From Octopus vulgaris (Eukaryota), in the NCBI GenBank assembly GCA_951406725.2, contig OX597819.1, positions 17,174,001 to 17,238,000 of the forward strand: a stretch of 64,000 bases of DNA, given 5' to 3'. This document shows positions 40,077 to 54,492 of this stretch, in pieces (positions within the stretch are counted from its first letter, which is position 1; each line of letters begins with the position of its first letter). The notes under the pieces were generated by a model that worked only from the letters and a program-made list of their open reading frames with translations, was not told where the DNA came from and ran no database searches. The position numbers and the translations under genes are program-made.

Positions 40077-40507
40077 CATATGTCTGCAAACAGACATACA
40101 CATGAGCGTGTTAACAGCTACTCGTGGAACAGCTGACTGCAACACTCTTATGTCACCCGTGCACACTTGATGATAGCTGAGAAGGGATGTTGCTACATAT
40201 GCACCAGCTGCAACGATCATGTAGATAACTGCAATTTCGTTAGAAATCTCGACGAACAGGCATTTATACACACATTCACAAACATTTACAAATAAATGCA
40301 CACACACATTGAAGCCTCACTTCCTGCATACGTATGTACGGATGTTTGTGCGTTAACCACTTACATCTGTATATATATATATATATATAAACTTGGGGAA
40401 GAGAAATAACGCGTGCGTTCGGTCATATAGTAATATAATAAATAAATAAAATATATGCATATATACATACATATATGTACATACTTACATCTACATGTAT
40501 ATATACA

Positions 40508-40563
<56 letters not shown>

Positions 40564-41068
40564 TACAGGTCACCACAAATAAACGTATATATATATACAC
40601 ACACGTATATATATATATATATGTATATATGCATGTATATATTTACGTATATATATGTATATATGTATGTATGTATGTATATATGTGTGTGTGTGAATGT
40701 ATGGATGTACTTATGTATGCGCGTGTGTATACATACATACGTATGTATATGAACAGGTACACTAGGTAGCATGTTTTAACGATAATTTGAAATCTAGCAA
40801 AGCTTACGAGCGTCTGATTTTGTGTGAATCCACAACTGAGCCTCACCGAGAAAAGTAATCAGTGTGTTTATATAACAGCTGTTTCTCTCTGTGTCTTGAA
40901 AGAAAAAAGTGTATAATCAATATAACTAATTTAACACTTATCAGAGCTTTAGAAAAGATCGAATAAGATTTATATTAATTTACTCTGTGCACAAACACAT
41001 CTTCAGTGACCTCTCTAATTTGCATCTTAGTGCAGGGCTACGCGAGTTAATTAGTATATTTTATTATA

Positions 41069-41960
41069 CAAGGTGGTATTAAAATGTTCTTGGACTAGTT
41101 CTGTAGTGCCCCAACAGATAGCGGTACATAGCTGCGTGCGCAGTGAGAGCTAGCAGTGACCTTCACGAGGCAGTGTGCCGAGTGACATTGCTGTGTTTAG
41201 TACTTCGCAAATTGTGAAATTTGTGTTTTCGCAATCACAAGTACGCTGTAGTCTGCGATTTTGTCATGGACAGAAAGTTGGAACAAAGAGCCAACGAGGT
41301 AATGGGTCGTACGCAATGTTTCGAGTGGCACGGGACCTTCAAAAGCGGAAGAAAGTCCCTGGAAGATGATGAGAGATCTGGAAAATCTGCCACGTGCGTC
41401 ATCCCTGGAAACATGGAGTAAATTCATCAGTTTTTTCATGAGGATCGTCGGAGGATAATCAGTAACACTGCTGAAGTCGTTGGTCTCTCGTATTGGGTCC
41501 GTGCAGGGAATCCTAACGTCTGAATTGAACATGCGGCGTGTCTCTGCCAAGTTTGATCCCCGCCTGCTGGCAACTGAGCAGAAATGACATCGTATCGAAG
41601 TCTGTCAAAATCTCCGTCAGCGTGTCGCTGATGACCCATTCTTCATGTCGAGGATCATCACCAGTGATGGGTAGGACCCCGAGACGAAGCAGCAATCATC
41701 AGAATGAAAAAGACTTTCATCCCCAACCGAAGAAGGCATGATAGAGCTGCAGCTTAATCAAGAGCATGTTCATCGTTTTTTTTTCGACATCCGCAGTATC
41801 GAGAATTCGTCCTCCAGGGCCAAACCGTCAATCGAGAGTTCTACTGCGACGTTTTGAAGTGTTTGTGGGAGGATATTCCACGGAAGAGATCTCTGGAGAT
41901 CGAAGAATTTGATTCTTCACGAGGACAATGCACCTGTCAGCTCTCCTCACTCATGAGTTT
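41069..41960 (+). mobile_element. Degraded mariner transposon (5' TIR plus transposase pseudogene)
   Basis: TA|CAAGGTGGTATTAAAATGTT; MDRKLEQRAN..QCFEWHGTFKSGRKSLEDDERSG, MRRVSAKF, IITSDG, DPETKQQSSE, GQTVNREFYCDVL, HEDNAP across frameshifts. Confidence 0.9.
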
Positions 41961-42031
41961 ACTTATATATAAATCAATCAATAAGTAAACGTATATAAAA
42001 AGTTGTGCGGGAACTTTGGTTCCAATCTAAC

Positions 42032-42062
<31 letters not shown>

Positions 42063-42164
42063 TGTATGTATGTATGTATGTATGTATGTATGTATGTATG
42101 TATGTATGTATGATCTATGTATGCAATCATGTATGTATGATCTATGTATTTATGTGTGTATATT

Positions 42165-42750
42165 CTCCATCATGTTAACGGTCCTTGAATGCTTCCGTCA
42201 GAGATGTCTGACACTCTGAATGAGGGCTGGCCCTTGCGGACTCGAGACATTGTGTCTCAAGGAGGGCTGATATCCTGAGCACTGAGCCAATGGTGCACAA
42301 GCAATGTTTACGTTGGACTGGACATCTGGTTTAGATGAACGACAAGAGGGTCCTAAGTTATTTGGTAAACATGTTTGTGGAAAGCTCTCCTAGCAGAAAA
42401 CAAGACTAACATTTAAGGATTGTATAAAGCCCTTGCTGAAGGTCTACGAGATATGGAAGGTTGGGAAAGCAATGTTTGTCACCGTCACCAATGGAAGAAA
42501 CAAGTAAAGGGAGAAGCAGATATTTCTGAAGAAACACATTTTGCATGCAAAACTGAAGCGAGTTGCTGGAAAACGCACAGCCTGTTTTAGAGAACCGGAG
42601 AAGATTCGTCTACAGAACCTAAATATCAAGCTGTAGGCTTATTAGTGACCAGCGATGCAACAAGGGTTGTCTGAGTGCACAGTGTTCTAGTGTTCATAAT
42701 GGTCAGTGATGGTAATCCTCAGTCACAAGCGGACAGCCATCATCATCATT
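42165..42750 (+). mobile_element. Old degraded RTE LINE 3' fragment
   Basis: LECFRQRCL, HKQCLRWTGHLV.MND remnants; 3' end GGTCAGTGATGGTAATCCTC..GGACAGC(CAT)n resembles the end of the 24833 element. Confidence 0.7.
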
Positions 42751-43367
42751 ATGATTGAATTAGAAGATATTTGATACAAGTGTAAGTAATTTTTCTTAAT
42801 TTTATTGTTGATGAGCTTTTGATTAACCAACATGTTATTACACGCTTGTTTGTTTGGTTAACCTGATTAGTTGAGAGATCTGTAACCTATTATCGCATGG
42901 ATGTTGTGCATACTGCATACCCGACTGTGCTATGCTTGCAGTACAATATAGATTCTTAAGTAAACAATTGTGGTAGTGCCAGGTGACCTATGAGTCTGTT
43001 TTTATTTTCCAATTTAGCACTCAACCCGAGCTCTGGGCTATTTAGAATGTTATATTCCAGGCGGTAAAACCGTTGTATGGGTTTAGCGAAGAGTGAAATA
43101 TAATGCAAATAAGACAAAGAAAGACTTTAACACGTCTTTAAAGATCAGTTACAATAGTTTCTGTACCAACTCTCCTTACAACACCAGTTCACGCAAAAGT
43201 TCTAAGCGAAAATTTACGTAATATTTGTGGTCGTAAACATTAGAATGGCAATACCTCAGACTGCATCAAAGGTCTTACTTTGTAACCAGAGTTGGCACAG
43301 AAGCGATTGTAACTTATTGCTAAACATCTATTAAACTCTTTCTTTGTCTTCTTATTTGCATCATATA

Positions 43368-43862
43368 CAGGGCGTCCCAAAAGACACTGGTGGGTTTTAA
43401 TTTTTAATAACTTCTTTAACTTTACAAATAAATGGATGAAATTTAGATACAATATAAAGGACTTAATGGAAATTAATATGCAGAATTCAAATTTTGCAAC
43501 ACTACTACATCACATATGAAAAATGACATCGCTTAAATGGCAGCCATTTTCAGCTTCGCCACATCTGTACTCTTCCCAAAACTTGCACCATAACACCCTT
43601 AAGAGTTTCGGACACCACTTCTCTGATTTCTCTATTGATGTTCTCCTTCAGTTGCACCCAGGTCTCCGGTTTGTTGACGTAAAACTCCCTCTTTCAGGTA
43701 TCCCCGCAAGAAAGAATCTAGGTTAGTCAGGTCTGGTGAACGCGGAGGCCAGCTGATGTTGCCGTAGCGGGAGATTACTCTCTCTCCAAAGCTCTGCCGT
43801 AGCAACTGCATTGTTTCTCTTGCAGTATAAGCAGTTGCCCATCTTGCTAGAAACAGGTTTGA
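43368..43862 (-). mobile_element. Tc1/mariner-superfamily (Tc3/DD37D-like) transposon 3' remnant
   Basis: Minus strand QDG(A)[48 protein letters not shown]...NGCHLSDVIFHM*; TIR TA|CAGGGCGTCCC. Confidence 0.88.
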
Positions 43863-43868
43863 GGTCTA

Positions 43869-43964
<96 letters not shown>

Positions 43965-43967
43965 TTA

Positions 43968-44035
<68 letters not shown>

Positions 44036-44155
44036 AACACATTAATACAGGAGCAGGTAAAATGATTGAGCGAACAACTGAATCTCCACGCTAGAACGAC
44101 GGAGATCCAAGGCTACCGTATACACATACACAGAGAATGTGCGTGTGTGTGTTTA

Positions 44156-44204
<49 letters not shown>

Positions 44205-44399
44205 GCGCGCGCTCACGCACTCACTCACATACGAGCGAGTGGACAAGCGAAAGAAAGTGCCATTCAACACAGCTGCTAGAAGTTATATATATATATATAT
44301 ATATATACCGGAGTAAGCACATAAATGTGAAACAAGGTGGAAAAAAGAGTACTCAAATACCAGTAGTAGAGTAATATGCTTTATATAAAGCAGCAGAAA

Positions 44400-44511
44400 A
44401 TTCAACAAAACCTGTTACTCTGAGTTTCCCGTTGCCGTTCATCGGACAGTTTTAGCAAAAACTGTCCGATGAACGACAACGGGAAACTCAGAGTAACAGG
44501 TTTTGTTGAAT
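44400..44511. ncRNA. Near-perfect palindrome (54-bp arms, 4-nt loop) carrying a hammerhead-like motif on each strand
   Basis: Arm: CTGT-CCGATGA-ACG(A/G)CAACGG-GAAAC-TCAGA-GTA-ACAG; one mismatch between arms; embedded in a 44308-44515 unit between (TA)n tracts. Confidence 0.75.
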
Positions 44512-44708
44512 AAAGTATATATATATATATATATATATATAGATGTTAATTAAACACAGTTTGACTCAATTTCATAAGAATTAGTTTCGGAGGCTCGTAC
44601 TACGAGCTCCACTCGCCAGGTGTCTAGATGTATGTATGTATGCATGTATGTATGTATGTATGTATGTACGTATGTATGCATGCCTGCATGCATGTATGTA
44701 TGTATCCA

Positions 44709-44751
<43 letters not shown>

Positions 44752-45096
44752 ATTCGTCCACAATGATTTAGATATAAAAGAAATTAGAAATTCATTCCTA
44801 ATATAGCCAATAAGTTTGTGAAAAGAAAGATCTTTAATCGAGGTTATCTGTCCTTCATCTAGACCCTTACTACTTACATCGCTGCAGGATGTCGATTCTG
44901 GTGGAATTTGAACACAGAACGTAAAAGTGCGTTACCAAAGACGGCAAGATATTTCGCTCCCACACTGCCGCTTCTACCTCCCACCAATCGTAGCATATAT
45001 CATTGCTGTGAGACTATATATTTTACACTGGCTCCTTCTTTCACTACAGTGTCTGGGATGTCTTAATGTTTTACAGAAGAAAATACTGTGTGCATC

Positions 45097-45139
<43 letters not shown>

Positions 45140-45203
45140 TAGTGTGTCTGTGTATCTCATTTTTCACTAGTGTATCTCACATCAATGAAAGACTACTATG
45201 CAA

Positions 45204-45276
<73 letters not shown>

Positions 45277-45560
45277 ACCGTGGTCTTTTCTGTAGGCTTT
45301 TCTTTCCACGGGTAAACCTCACCTGTCCTCCCCTATACACTTCATATTGACATTTCTGTGATTACGATCCCTATTGATCAACTTTTTTTTTCCTCTCTCA
45401 CCCTTTTTTTAGATCCTCCCCTTTTTTGTCCTCTTTCTTTCCCTTTACGATCCCTTTTGCTCGAAAACCAACCCCCTTTTTTTTTTACCCCCAAAAGAAA
45501 AGCTCTACCTTGTAATTTGTTCTGTCCGTGTGCAGCCCTGTGTGGCTAATAAAGAGACAT
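45277..45560 (+). mobile_element. LINE 3' UTR fragment (same family as 6530-7022) inside (TCTA)n
   Basis: Shared 3' tail; (TCTA)n on both sides. Confidence 0.75.
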
Positions 45561-45601
45561 ATCTATCTATCGATCTATCTGTCTGTCTGTCTGTCTGTTT
45601 G

Positions 45602-45658
<57 letters not shown>

Positions 45659-45691
45659 TTATCTCTCTCTCTTTATCACTCTCTCTCTCTG

Positions 45692-45750
<59 letters not shown>

Positions 45751-45783
45751 TTATCTCTCTCTCTTTATCACTCTCTCTCTCTG

Positions 45784-45858
<75 letters not shown>

Positions 45859-46092
45859 TTATCTCTCTCTCTCTCTATCTATCTATCTGTATGTCTGTCG
45901 GTCTATCAAATACATACATATACATGCATACACGTACGTATACACAATAATATATGGACACAAACGCATACGCGCACACATAAGATGCCTGGAGTTTTGG
46001 TGTGGGTGCGGCTCTTTCGATTATAAAATCGTGTGAGCAAGGCAACTCATGTCAACTTGCTCTAGATTTCATGGCAGCAAGTCAGTACCTAG

Positions 46093-46186
<94 letters not shown>

Positions 46187-46527
46187 GACTATAGCCGTCA
46201 CTTGGAAGCGAATATTACTTGACAGAATGGATCATATATTCTCTAGTTGTTTTAGTGTTTAGGTGTTTATGTGGTCACGAGTAGGCTTAAATGCCTTCTC
46301 GAGCTATCAGCCAGGGCCCAGTTTAATATCTAGGCAGTGGCAGCTTGATGAAGAGAGGGTTGCCTCAGCACTCGGCTGATACCCAGTTGATACCCGTGTA
46401 GACTGGTGCAAGGTGAGATGAAGTATGAGGATGAGGGACGATGTGATCCGCATCGTGAGAGCAGCATCGCAGATACGAACTCACACAATGTGTGCGTGAG
46501 TGTAAGTGCATGCTTTTGTGGTGCGTG

Positions 46528-46562
<35 letters not shown>

Positions 46563-46636
46563 TGTATGTGCGCGCATGTGTGTGATTGAGCTCGTTTATG
46601 CGTTCACAGGTGTGTATAGGCATATATATGTACGTG

Positions 46637-46843
46637 AAAGGCGGCGAGCTGGCAGACACGTTAGCGCGTCTGTCGTTATGTTCTGAGTTCAAATTCCGCC
46701 GAGGTCATCTTTGCCTTTCATCCTTTCGGGGTCGATAAATTAAGTACCAGTTTCGCACTGGGGGCGATATAATCGACTCAATCCCTTCGTCTGTCCTTGT
46801 TTGTCCCCTCTATGTTTAGCCCCTTGTGGGCAGTAAAGAAATA
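46637..46843 (+). mobile_element. SINE family A with internal deletion, 15-bp TSD
   Basis: TSD ATATATATGTACGTG at 46622 and 46843. Confidence 0.92.
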
Positions 46844-46980
46844 TATATATGTACGTGTATTATAGTGTATGTGTGTGTACATATATTGTTATATGAGGGT
46901 ATATACATATTGTATATATTTCTGTATGTTTAAGTATACATATTTATATGTATATGTATATATATGTATGCATGTATGTA

Positions 46981-47136
<156 letters not shown>

Positions 47137-47197
47137 CGTATACACATTGCATGTATGTACAATTATGTATGTACGGTATGTATGTATGTATGGTTTT

Positions 47198-47248
<51 letters not shown>

Positions 47249-47467
47249 GCACGTATGAGTGTGTGTGTATCTACGCTGTTATGGTTACAGGCGTTTACAC
47301 TGAGATCTTTGTTCGTGTTTTACCCAAGTTGAAATCGCTTATCGCATATTTTCCATTTTTTATCATGTCTTATTTTTATCATAATTTTTTCATACCTTCC
47401 TTTTATATATATATTTTTACGGAATATGTGTATCTGTATTTGTATCTATGCCGGCACGTACATACAC

Positions 47468-47543
<76 letters not shown>

Positions 47544-47649
47544 CTACAAACACTTACACACATAAATGTACGTCCGTGTGTGCATGTGTTTGTGTGTGTA
47601 TGTTTGGTGTAAGTGTGTGAGCGTTTGCGTATATGTGTATGGAATAAAT

Positions 47650-48190
47650 GCTCACTTTTCATGGCACTCTCTTGGGCAACAGTACTTCCTTCATCTGTCA
47701 GCCACCTCATCTTAGGATGTATTAAATATTCTGAAGGCTTTTGACATTTAAATTACTCCCCCCTCACTACTTAAAACACCGGGCTTTTTCCCTCTACCCT
47801 CCCCCCACTCGAATACTAAACTATCATTCTTTGTTTTCTTTCTTTACTTCTTCCTCTACCTTCCCCATTACGTTTCCTGCTACCTCCTCCTCATCCTCCT
47901 CCTTTTTTGCATCTTTCATTCTGAGCCTCCCTCCCACCCTATGACTCTACCGCAAAATAAATATTTTTTTCTTTGACCATTGACAAATCTTACATTAATA
48001 ATATATAAACACCCTTTGTTTGTAAAAAAAAAGTTTTTGATGTAAGGATATAAGGTTCATTGGCTGAAGAATCCATTAAAGGCGAGACTTGAAGTCCTTG
48101 TCAATATTATCAATGAATCTTATTCTAAGAAATGAATCCCAACATTAGTAAAGGTTTTTCTTTGTGCTGCTTTCCATAGGTTGATTAACC
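47650..48190 (+). mobile_element. Degraded PLE-like 3' end with degenerate hammerhead (48060-48100)
   Basis: HLILGCIKYSEGF weakly resembles a GIY-YIG C-terminus; pyrimidine-rich UTR; CTGAAGA-ATCC..GGC-GAGAC-TTGAA-GTC. Confidence 0.45.
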
Positions 48191-48270
48191 ATTACAATTA
48201 ACACATTTATACACACGTATATGAACAAAAAAAAAACACACACACACACATAAATACAAACCTATATATG

Positions 48271-48305
<35 letters not shown>

Positions 48306-49108
48306 GAATACGTAAACAGATTCAAATATATAAATGGTATACACACACATTGTAGTTGCTTGAAATATAGCAGCATATGTCGATAAGATAAATGTTTGAA
48401 AAAGCTTTTGCTCAGTGCAGGTGCGGAACTAATCAACGTAGTTAAGGTGATTTAATGAATGCAAACAAAGTGAATAGATATTGTATTGCTTTTTCTAGGG
48501 TGTTAAATGCTTCGATAATATTTTGGGGAAAATTCTCTTTTTCAAATATAAGAAAGAAAATAATTAAAGCGTCCGAAGAAACATGTTGTTTATTGGCAAG
48601 TCATATCAATGTGTTCTAGCCAAGGCATTGTTTGTGCTGGTTTGTACGCCCATTCCATTAGGGGCTTTGATTTGTTAAGGTAGGTAGTATCAGCGGCAGC
48701 AACAACAACAGCATTCGATGGTGGGGCATGATGAGTCAATGCAGAAGTATACAAGGGGAATGGAAAAGGTTACTGATCAGTAATTGCACTTTGTAGCAGT
48801 AGGTAGGAGATTATTGAGAATGTCTTTGTTCACCAAGGGCACGGTTATACAAAGCTGTGTAGTGTGGTAAATATGCTGTGAAAAACCCTTGGTATGGTGA
48901 GTAAAGGTAAGTATGAGAAAGTTGGGTGGAGGTGGGTAGCTGGGAAAGCTATTTCACGCTATTCAGTTCAGGTTCTGTTGTTGATTTCTGGTTTGTTGGT
49001 TAATGAGAAGAGTCTCCTCAATTCTCAGCTCATCGACAAAGAAGGATGTGACTACTTTCTGGCTGCAGCCTTTGCAGAGATGTACAAATTACACACACAC
49101 ACACACAC

Positions 49109-49159
<51 letters not shown>

Positions 49160-49291
49160 ACACAAACACACACACGCACGCAAGCACACACACACACATA
49201 CACACACACACATACACAATACACACACAAACACACACACGCACGCACATACATACGCACGCACACATACACTCACACGCACACACACACA

Positions 49292-49336
<45 letters not shown>

Positions 49337-49708
49337 ACAACACAAAAGTATGCACAAACACAGCGCTGCATCTACTAATCATCGCACATATACACCCATC
49401 TAAAGACGCGCTCTTCTTTTTGCTGAACTATCGAAGCACACATCCGCACCACACTAACGTTGTATTGTTCGGTGCAGTTAGAAGCCAACTCTCACTGTTG
49501 ATTGTAATGCTTGTGTGGAATCCTGGGGATGCTGACTCAGCAAGGCTGATCAAAGGAGAAGAAGAGAATAGGTTGGCAATGCCTGAGTGGGGGCTGTGTG
49601 AGCCGAGCTAGGTCCGAGCTGTAGAGGGCAATTATAGTTACGTTAGAGATGTTCATGACGGGAGGTAGCCTGCATATTGGCCAAGGGCCTGAGCTTGTCT
49701 TATATAAA

Positions 49709-50092
49709 TGGAAGCACTCCGTCGGTTACGACGACGAGGGTTCCGGTTGATCCGAATCAACGGAACAGCCTGCTCGTGAAATTAACGTGTAAGTAGCTGA
49801 GCACTCCACAGACACGTGTACCCTTAACGTAGTTCTCGGGGATATTCAGCGTGACACAGAGAGTGACAAGGCCAGCCCTTTGAAATACAGGTACAACAGA
49901 AACAGGAAGTAAGAGTGAGAGAAAGTTGTGGTGAAAGAGTACAGCAGGGATCACCACCATCCCCTGCCGGAGCCACGTGGAGCTTTAGGTGTTTTCGCTC
50001 AATAAACACTCACAATGCCCGGTCTGGGAATCGAAACCGCGATCCTACGACCGCGAGTCCGCTGCCCCAACCACTGGGCCATTGCGCCTCCA
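49709..50092 (-). mobile_element. SINE family C, full length, TSD CTTATATAAAT
   Basis: Reverse complement of the 52459 copy. Confidence 0.95.
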
Positions 50093-51702
50093 CCCTTATA
50101 TAAATAAGGTTTAGCTTATGGACATGTCTCTCTGTGCTTGTTCGATCTGCTAGAAGTAGTAGACAAATCTCACTCAAATCATACTTTTCCGAGTTTTACT
50201 TTCTAGAAAATTCACATCATGAACAGCGTGTATACTGTGAAAACCTGGTGCAGTGTTCCCGAAAACCCTTTTTCATACAATGGCCGCCAATATTTAATAT
50301 TCAAATCATAATTTTTCCAATTTCCGCTGTCAGTGCAAGACTGAGTATGCCAGATCCAGTTTGAGAAACTCTGAATATAAGGATTTGGACAAACACACTG
50401 TTTGAAGCATGAAACATATATTTGATCAGGTTAAATTTTAAGTGTACGATATTCAGTAGACCTTGACGTCGGATTGCCTTCATTACAATTCGTAATTCCT
50501 GAAAGATTAAGCTCTAATATGTTTATGGTCACTGAAAATCTTGTGTCTGTTTAACAATATCTCAATAAGCTCAGTGTGAGGTTACTGTTCAGTCGGAATC
50601 GAAAATCTGCCGTGCTCGATCAACTTAAAAACCCGCTCAATATATTGCGGCTGATTCGAGTTCAGGTGGTTCGTCAAAGTTCAGTTTCACGGTAGTAAGT
50701 GGGATTCTATTGGCGTTTTAACATTACGTGATATGCTTTACCTTTCCAAAACTAACTGAACTAGTAATAAGTCATTTTACTGATCGTAAAGTCGAAGTTG
50801 CCCAGCTTTGAGCTGGCATTAGTTGTGAGGAAGAAAGTGTAGCCGTGTGGTCGAAAAGTTTGCCTCATAATCGACAGTTTCTGGATTCGTTACCACTGCA
50901 CGAGATTTCAGTATCTTAAGAAGTGTTTTATCTCAGGTCCACACAACCCGTTTATGTGAAATCAAACAGAAAGAAACTGTGCGCAAACCAATCAAATACC
51001 TCCTGCCAGTTTTAAGTGGTAAATGTATCTGATGTACAGTTTTAACAGCACTACTTTGTCGTTGAATACTTTCAACATTGTCTGTTATACTGCTAATAAT
51101 CAGATCAAGTCAATAATTCTGAGGGGAGACGCCTTACTTCCTACTGCAGCAACACTCGAGGTACCTTTCACCACAAATCTTGGAGGCCCCGCAATGGTTT
51201 TGAATTCAATGTCATGCTAAACCATAAACAAATATTTCCTCAGTTTTCAGAGGATTTATATGTTCTTGAAGCTTGGTTATGTCACCACTACCCCCAAAAT
51301 AACAACCAGTTTTTAAAGAAAATAATTAAAAATTCAAAAGCGAGAAATACAACAAAGATCGTCATTAAACTAGCTGGTCTCTTTAACACTACTTCTGTTA
51401 TCTAAATAAACTCCTCAAACAAACTGTATATTCCAGTATACTGTAAAAATTAAAAAGAAAGAAAAAAATTACAAATCTGTGTAGTTTCATTTGGCTGAAT
51501 GGTAAATAGTGATTTTGCACACATTTATGTGTTCCAATTTAAATTCTTCAATACACATTTAATTGTATATACTACAAGCAATGCATTGATCATGATGGTA
51601 GTGATGATGATGATGTTGGTGGTGGTGATGATGATAGTAGTAGCAGTAGCAGTAACAGTTGTAGTAGTAGTAGTAGTACTAGTAGTAGTAACAGTAGTAG
51701 TT

Positions 51703-51750
<48 letters not shown>

Positions 51751-52458
51751 AGTGCGGATAATTTGGTTGGTTATACATACAAATAAATAATATTTTGACA
51801 AAATTTTCATGATTACAATGGAATTGTAGGATGCCGGACATAATTTGAATTTCGACTTGAAAGAAGTTTATTGACATAATAATGTTATGATGTGTGTGTG
51901 ATACAGTAATTGTTATAATTGGATGCAGAGGAAATTTAATTAATTTCTTTCTATCAAAAACATAGGCGTATATTATATTATATAATATTATATTATGAAA
52001 GCTGGTTAACTATAGAGTCCTAATTGCCTTGCGGATAGAAGGCCTTGCGGCATTGATTTCTGCTTGCTGTTCCCCAACTTTAAATCCTACTGAGATCAAC
52101 TTTCAGTTTTATCCTATGTAGGAACCGGAAAAAAAGGGGCGGGGGGAAACGCGTTCCAAGGTATAAGATTGCAGGAATTGTTAGAATGTTAGGTGTGATA
52201 CCTGGTGGTATCCATTTCTGGCATTCTGCATTCTGGTGGTAGTGACTGCGACAATACTGGTGTCATGTTACCTCGGCCGCTGCCCGTCCTTTGGACATCA
52301 TCGATAGAATTGAAAGAGGGGATTTGAATCCGGCGACAATCTTTGGAAAAAAAAAAAACGATATTGTTTACGTTTCACGACACTTACGGAGATGGTAGGT
52401 TGTTGCATTTTGTTGATTTGTACATGCGCATCATACATACATGCTTTATATCTTTATA

Positions 52459-52844
52459 GTGGAGGCGCAACGGCCCAGTGGTTAGGGCAGTGGATTCGCG
52501 GTCATAGGATCGCGGTTTCGATTCCCAGACCGGGCGTTGTGAGTGTTTATTGAGCGAAAACACCTAAAAGCTCCACGAGGCTCCGGTAGGGGATGGTGGT
52601 GATCCCTGCTGTACTCTTTCACCACAACTTTCTCTCACTCCTACTTCCTGTTTCCGTTGTACCTGTATTTCAAGGGGCCGGCCTTGTCACTCTCTGTGTC
52701 ACGCTGAATATCCCCGAGAACTACGTTAAGGGTACACGTGTCTGTGGAGTGCTCAGCCACTTGCACGTTAATTTCACGAGCAGGCTGTTCCGTTGATTCG
52801 GATCAACCGGAACCCTCGTCGTCGTAACCGACGGAGTGCTTCCA
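52459..52844 (+). mobile_element. SINE family C, full length
   Basis: tRNA-like head through ACGGAGTGCTTCCA; flanking ATATCTTTAT duplicated. Confidence 0.95.
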
Positions 52845-53359
52845 TCCCCATATCTTTATGCTTATTGCAGATGAGGGATCGACTTCCATGGAGAGCTTAT
52901 TCTATCCAAGGGATTTTTGTAACCCAATTTTTATATGTATCATTTATCACTTTATCTGCGTCGAGTTTCATTGTTCCCCCCCACCCAAAAAAAAAGAATA
53001 GTACTGGGATCGTTTCATTCGACTAAAAATTCCCCAAAGCCGTGCTCCAGCATGGCCGCGGTGTTGTGATTGAAATAAGGAAACGATTAAAGATAAAAAC
53101 AAATAACGCGTCTATGTAGCTACGAGCTGATATCGACCTCCTCTCGGCCGACTTACCCTTGACCCAGAGGAACACTGCGATGCGACAGCTTGGGGCAAAA
53201 CACCCTGCTGCAGCAGCAGTGGGGATTGACAGTTAAGCAGATTGAGCAGTGTAGAATGAAGCACCTTGTTCAAGCCCACAACGAGTCTCCTGGGCGAGGA
53301 ACCTATTAAATTATGATTGGCCCGTAAACCACGCGGCTACATGTGTCTGTCTACATGCA

Positions 53360-53417
<58 letters not shown>

Positions 53418-53418
<1 letters not shown>

Positions 53419-53610
53419 GGTTAATCCAAACAGGAAAACAGAAAAAACAACAACCACGTGGAACAATTAAAGTATTATTATTGGCGCTCAGGAAAGAGGG
53501 AAGAAGGAGGGTATGACGTTTCGAGCGGAGCTCTTCGTCGGAAACATAAGAGAAGGAAGAAAGAAAGATCCCGAGGTGGGCGAACAGGGGGAAAAAAAAA
53601 AAACGCGACT
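53418..53610 (-). mobile_element. PLE-derived terminus with minimal hammerhead-like motif (53511-53545); related to 19790-20010
   Basis: Minus strand GTTT-CCGACGA-A-GAGC(TCC)GCTC-GAAAC-GTC-ATAC, followed by TCCTGAGCGCCA.TA.TAATAC as at 19898; ends in (TA)n. Confidence 0.7.
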
Positions 53611-53619
53611 GGTTTTTAC

Positions 53620-54492
53620 GAAGTAAACATGCTGAAAGGCCGGAAGTTTTGGATAACAGGCTGGTTTCGTCCTTGTTTTCTTTTATCGTCTGTCTGGATG
53701 TTTTGCCTTGTTGTCCCATTTTTGTATTTTTGTGTATTTTTTATACATAAAATAAAGCGGCGTACGTACACTTTGGTCTCTTATATGTAAGTATATATAT
53801 AAATTTTGTACGACTCTATTCTTTCTATTCTTTCATTCTTTCCTTGTTTCTATCAGCCCTTTCACACTTCGTTCATTCCACTCTTCGTTATTTCGTTCCT
53901 CCTCTCACACGTTTCCTGGCCTCCTCTTTATGCTCACTTTCCCTCCTCTTTCACTTCACCGTGTCTCATTTTTCCCGCTCCTCCTTAATTCTTCTATCTC
54001 TCTGCCTCTACCTCTCTCTCTTCTCACACCACGTGACCGGTGTTCGGCCAGGCCTGACCTTTCTTTCTTGTTTCGATTACCATCCTTGCAACATCTATAT
54101 TCCTCCCTGTGACAGTCAAATCCTATGTCCCTGCCGTAATGCTTTACTTCCACACACGCCAGCTTAATTTAATTCGTCCTTAGTCGAAAGACACCTGTTG
54201 TTTGTGTTAATTGCATTTGTATTTGTGTAACATTTCTCTGCTTTTTTTCCGTCCTTGTTTTCGTATACATTTGCTGCTTTCTTCCAAGGAATCTAATACT
54301 CTTAGCTTACTTTTTCCTTGGGGCTGACCAGATTGCAGCAATCTAGAGTATAACCAGCCGAAATTGCTAAGATAATCTGGAACTCGACTGAGGATAGAAA
54401 ACTCCGAATGTCCCGTCCTTGTTTCCTTTGTATCGTCTATCTGGATGTTTTGTTGTCCTTTTTTTGTATTTTTTGCGGATCTTTTGTGTATT

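Noticed and set aside
48490-49690. Possible minus-strand Penelope RT relic
   Set aside because: Only faint motif resemblance; too degraded to support
52459-52537. tRNA gene-like sequences (also at 37938, 50020, 60950, 26184)
   Set aside because: They are SINE heads continuing into a shared body; no proper acceptor stem or terminator
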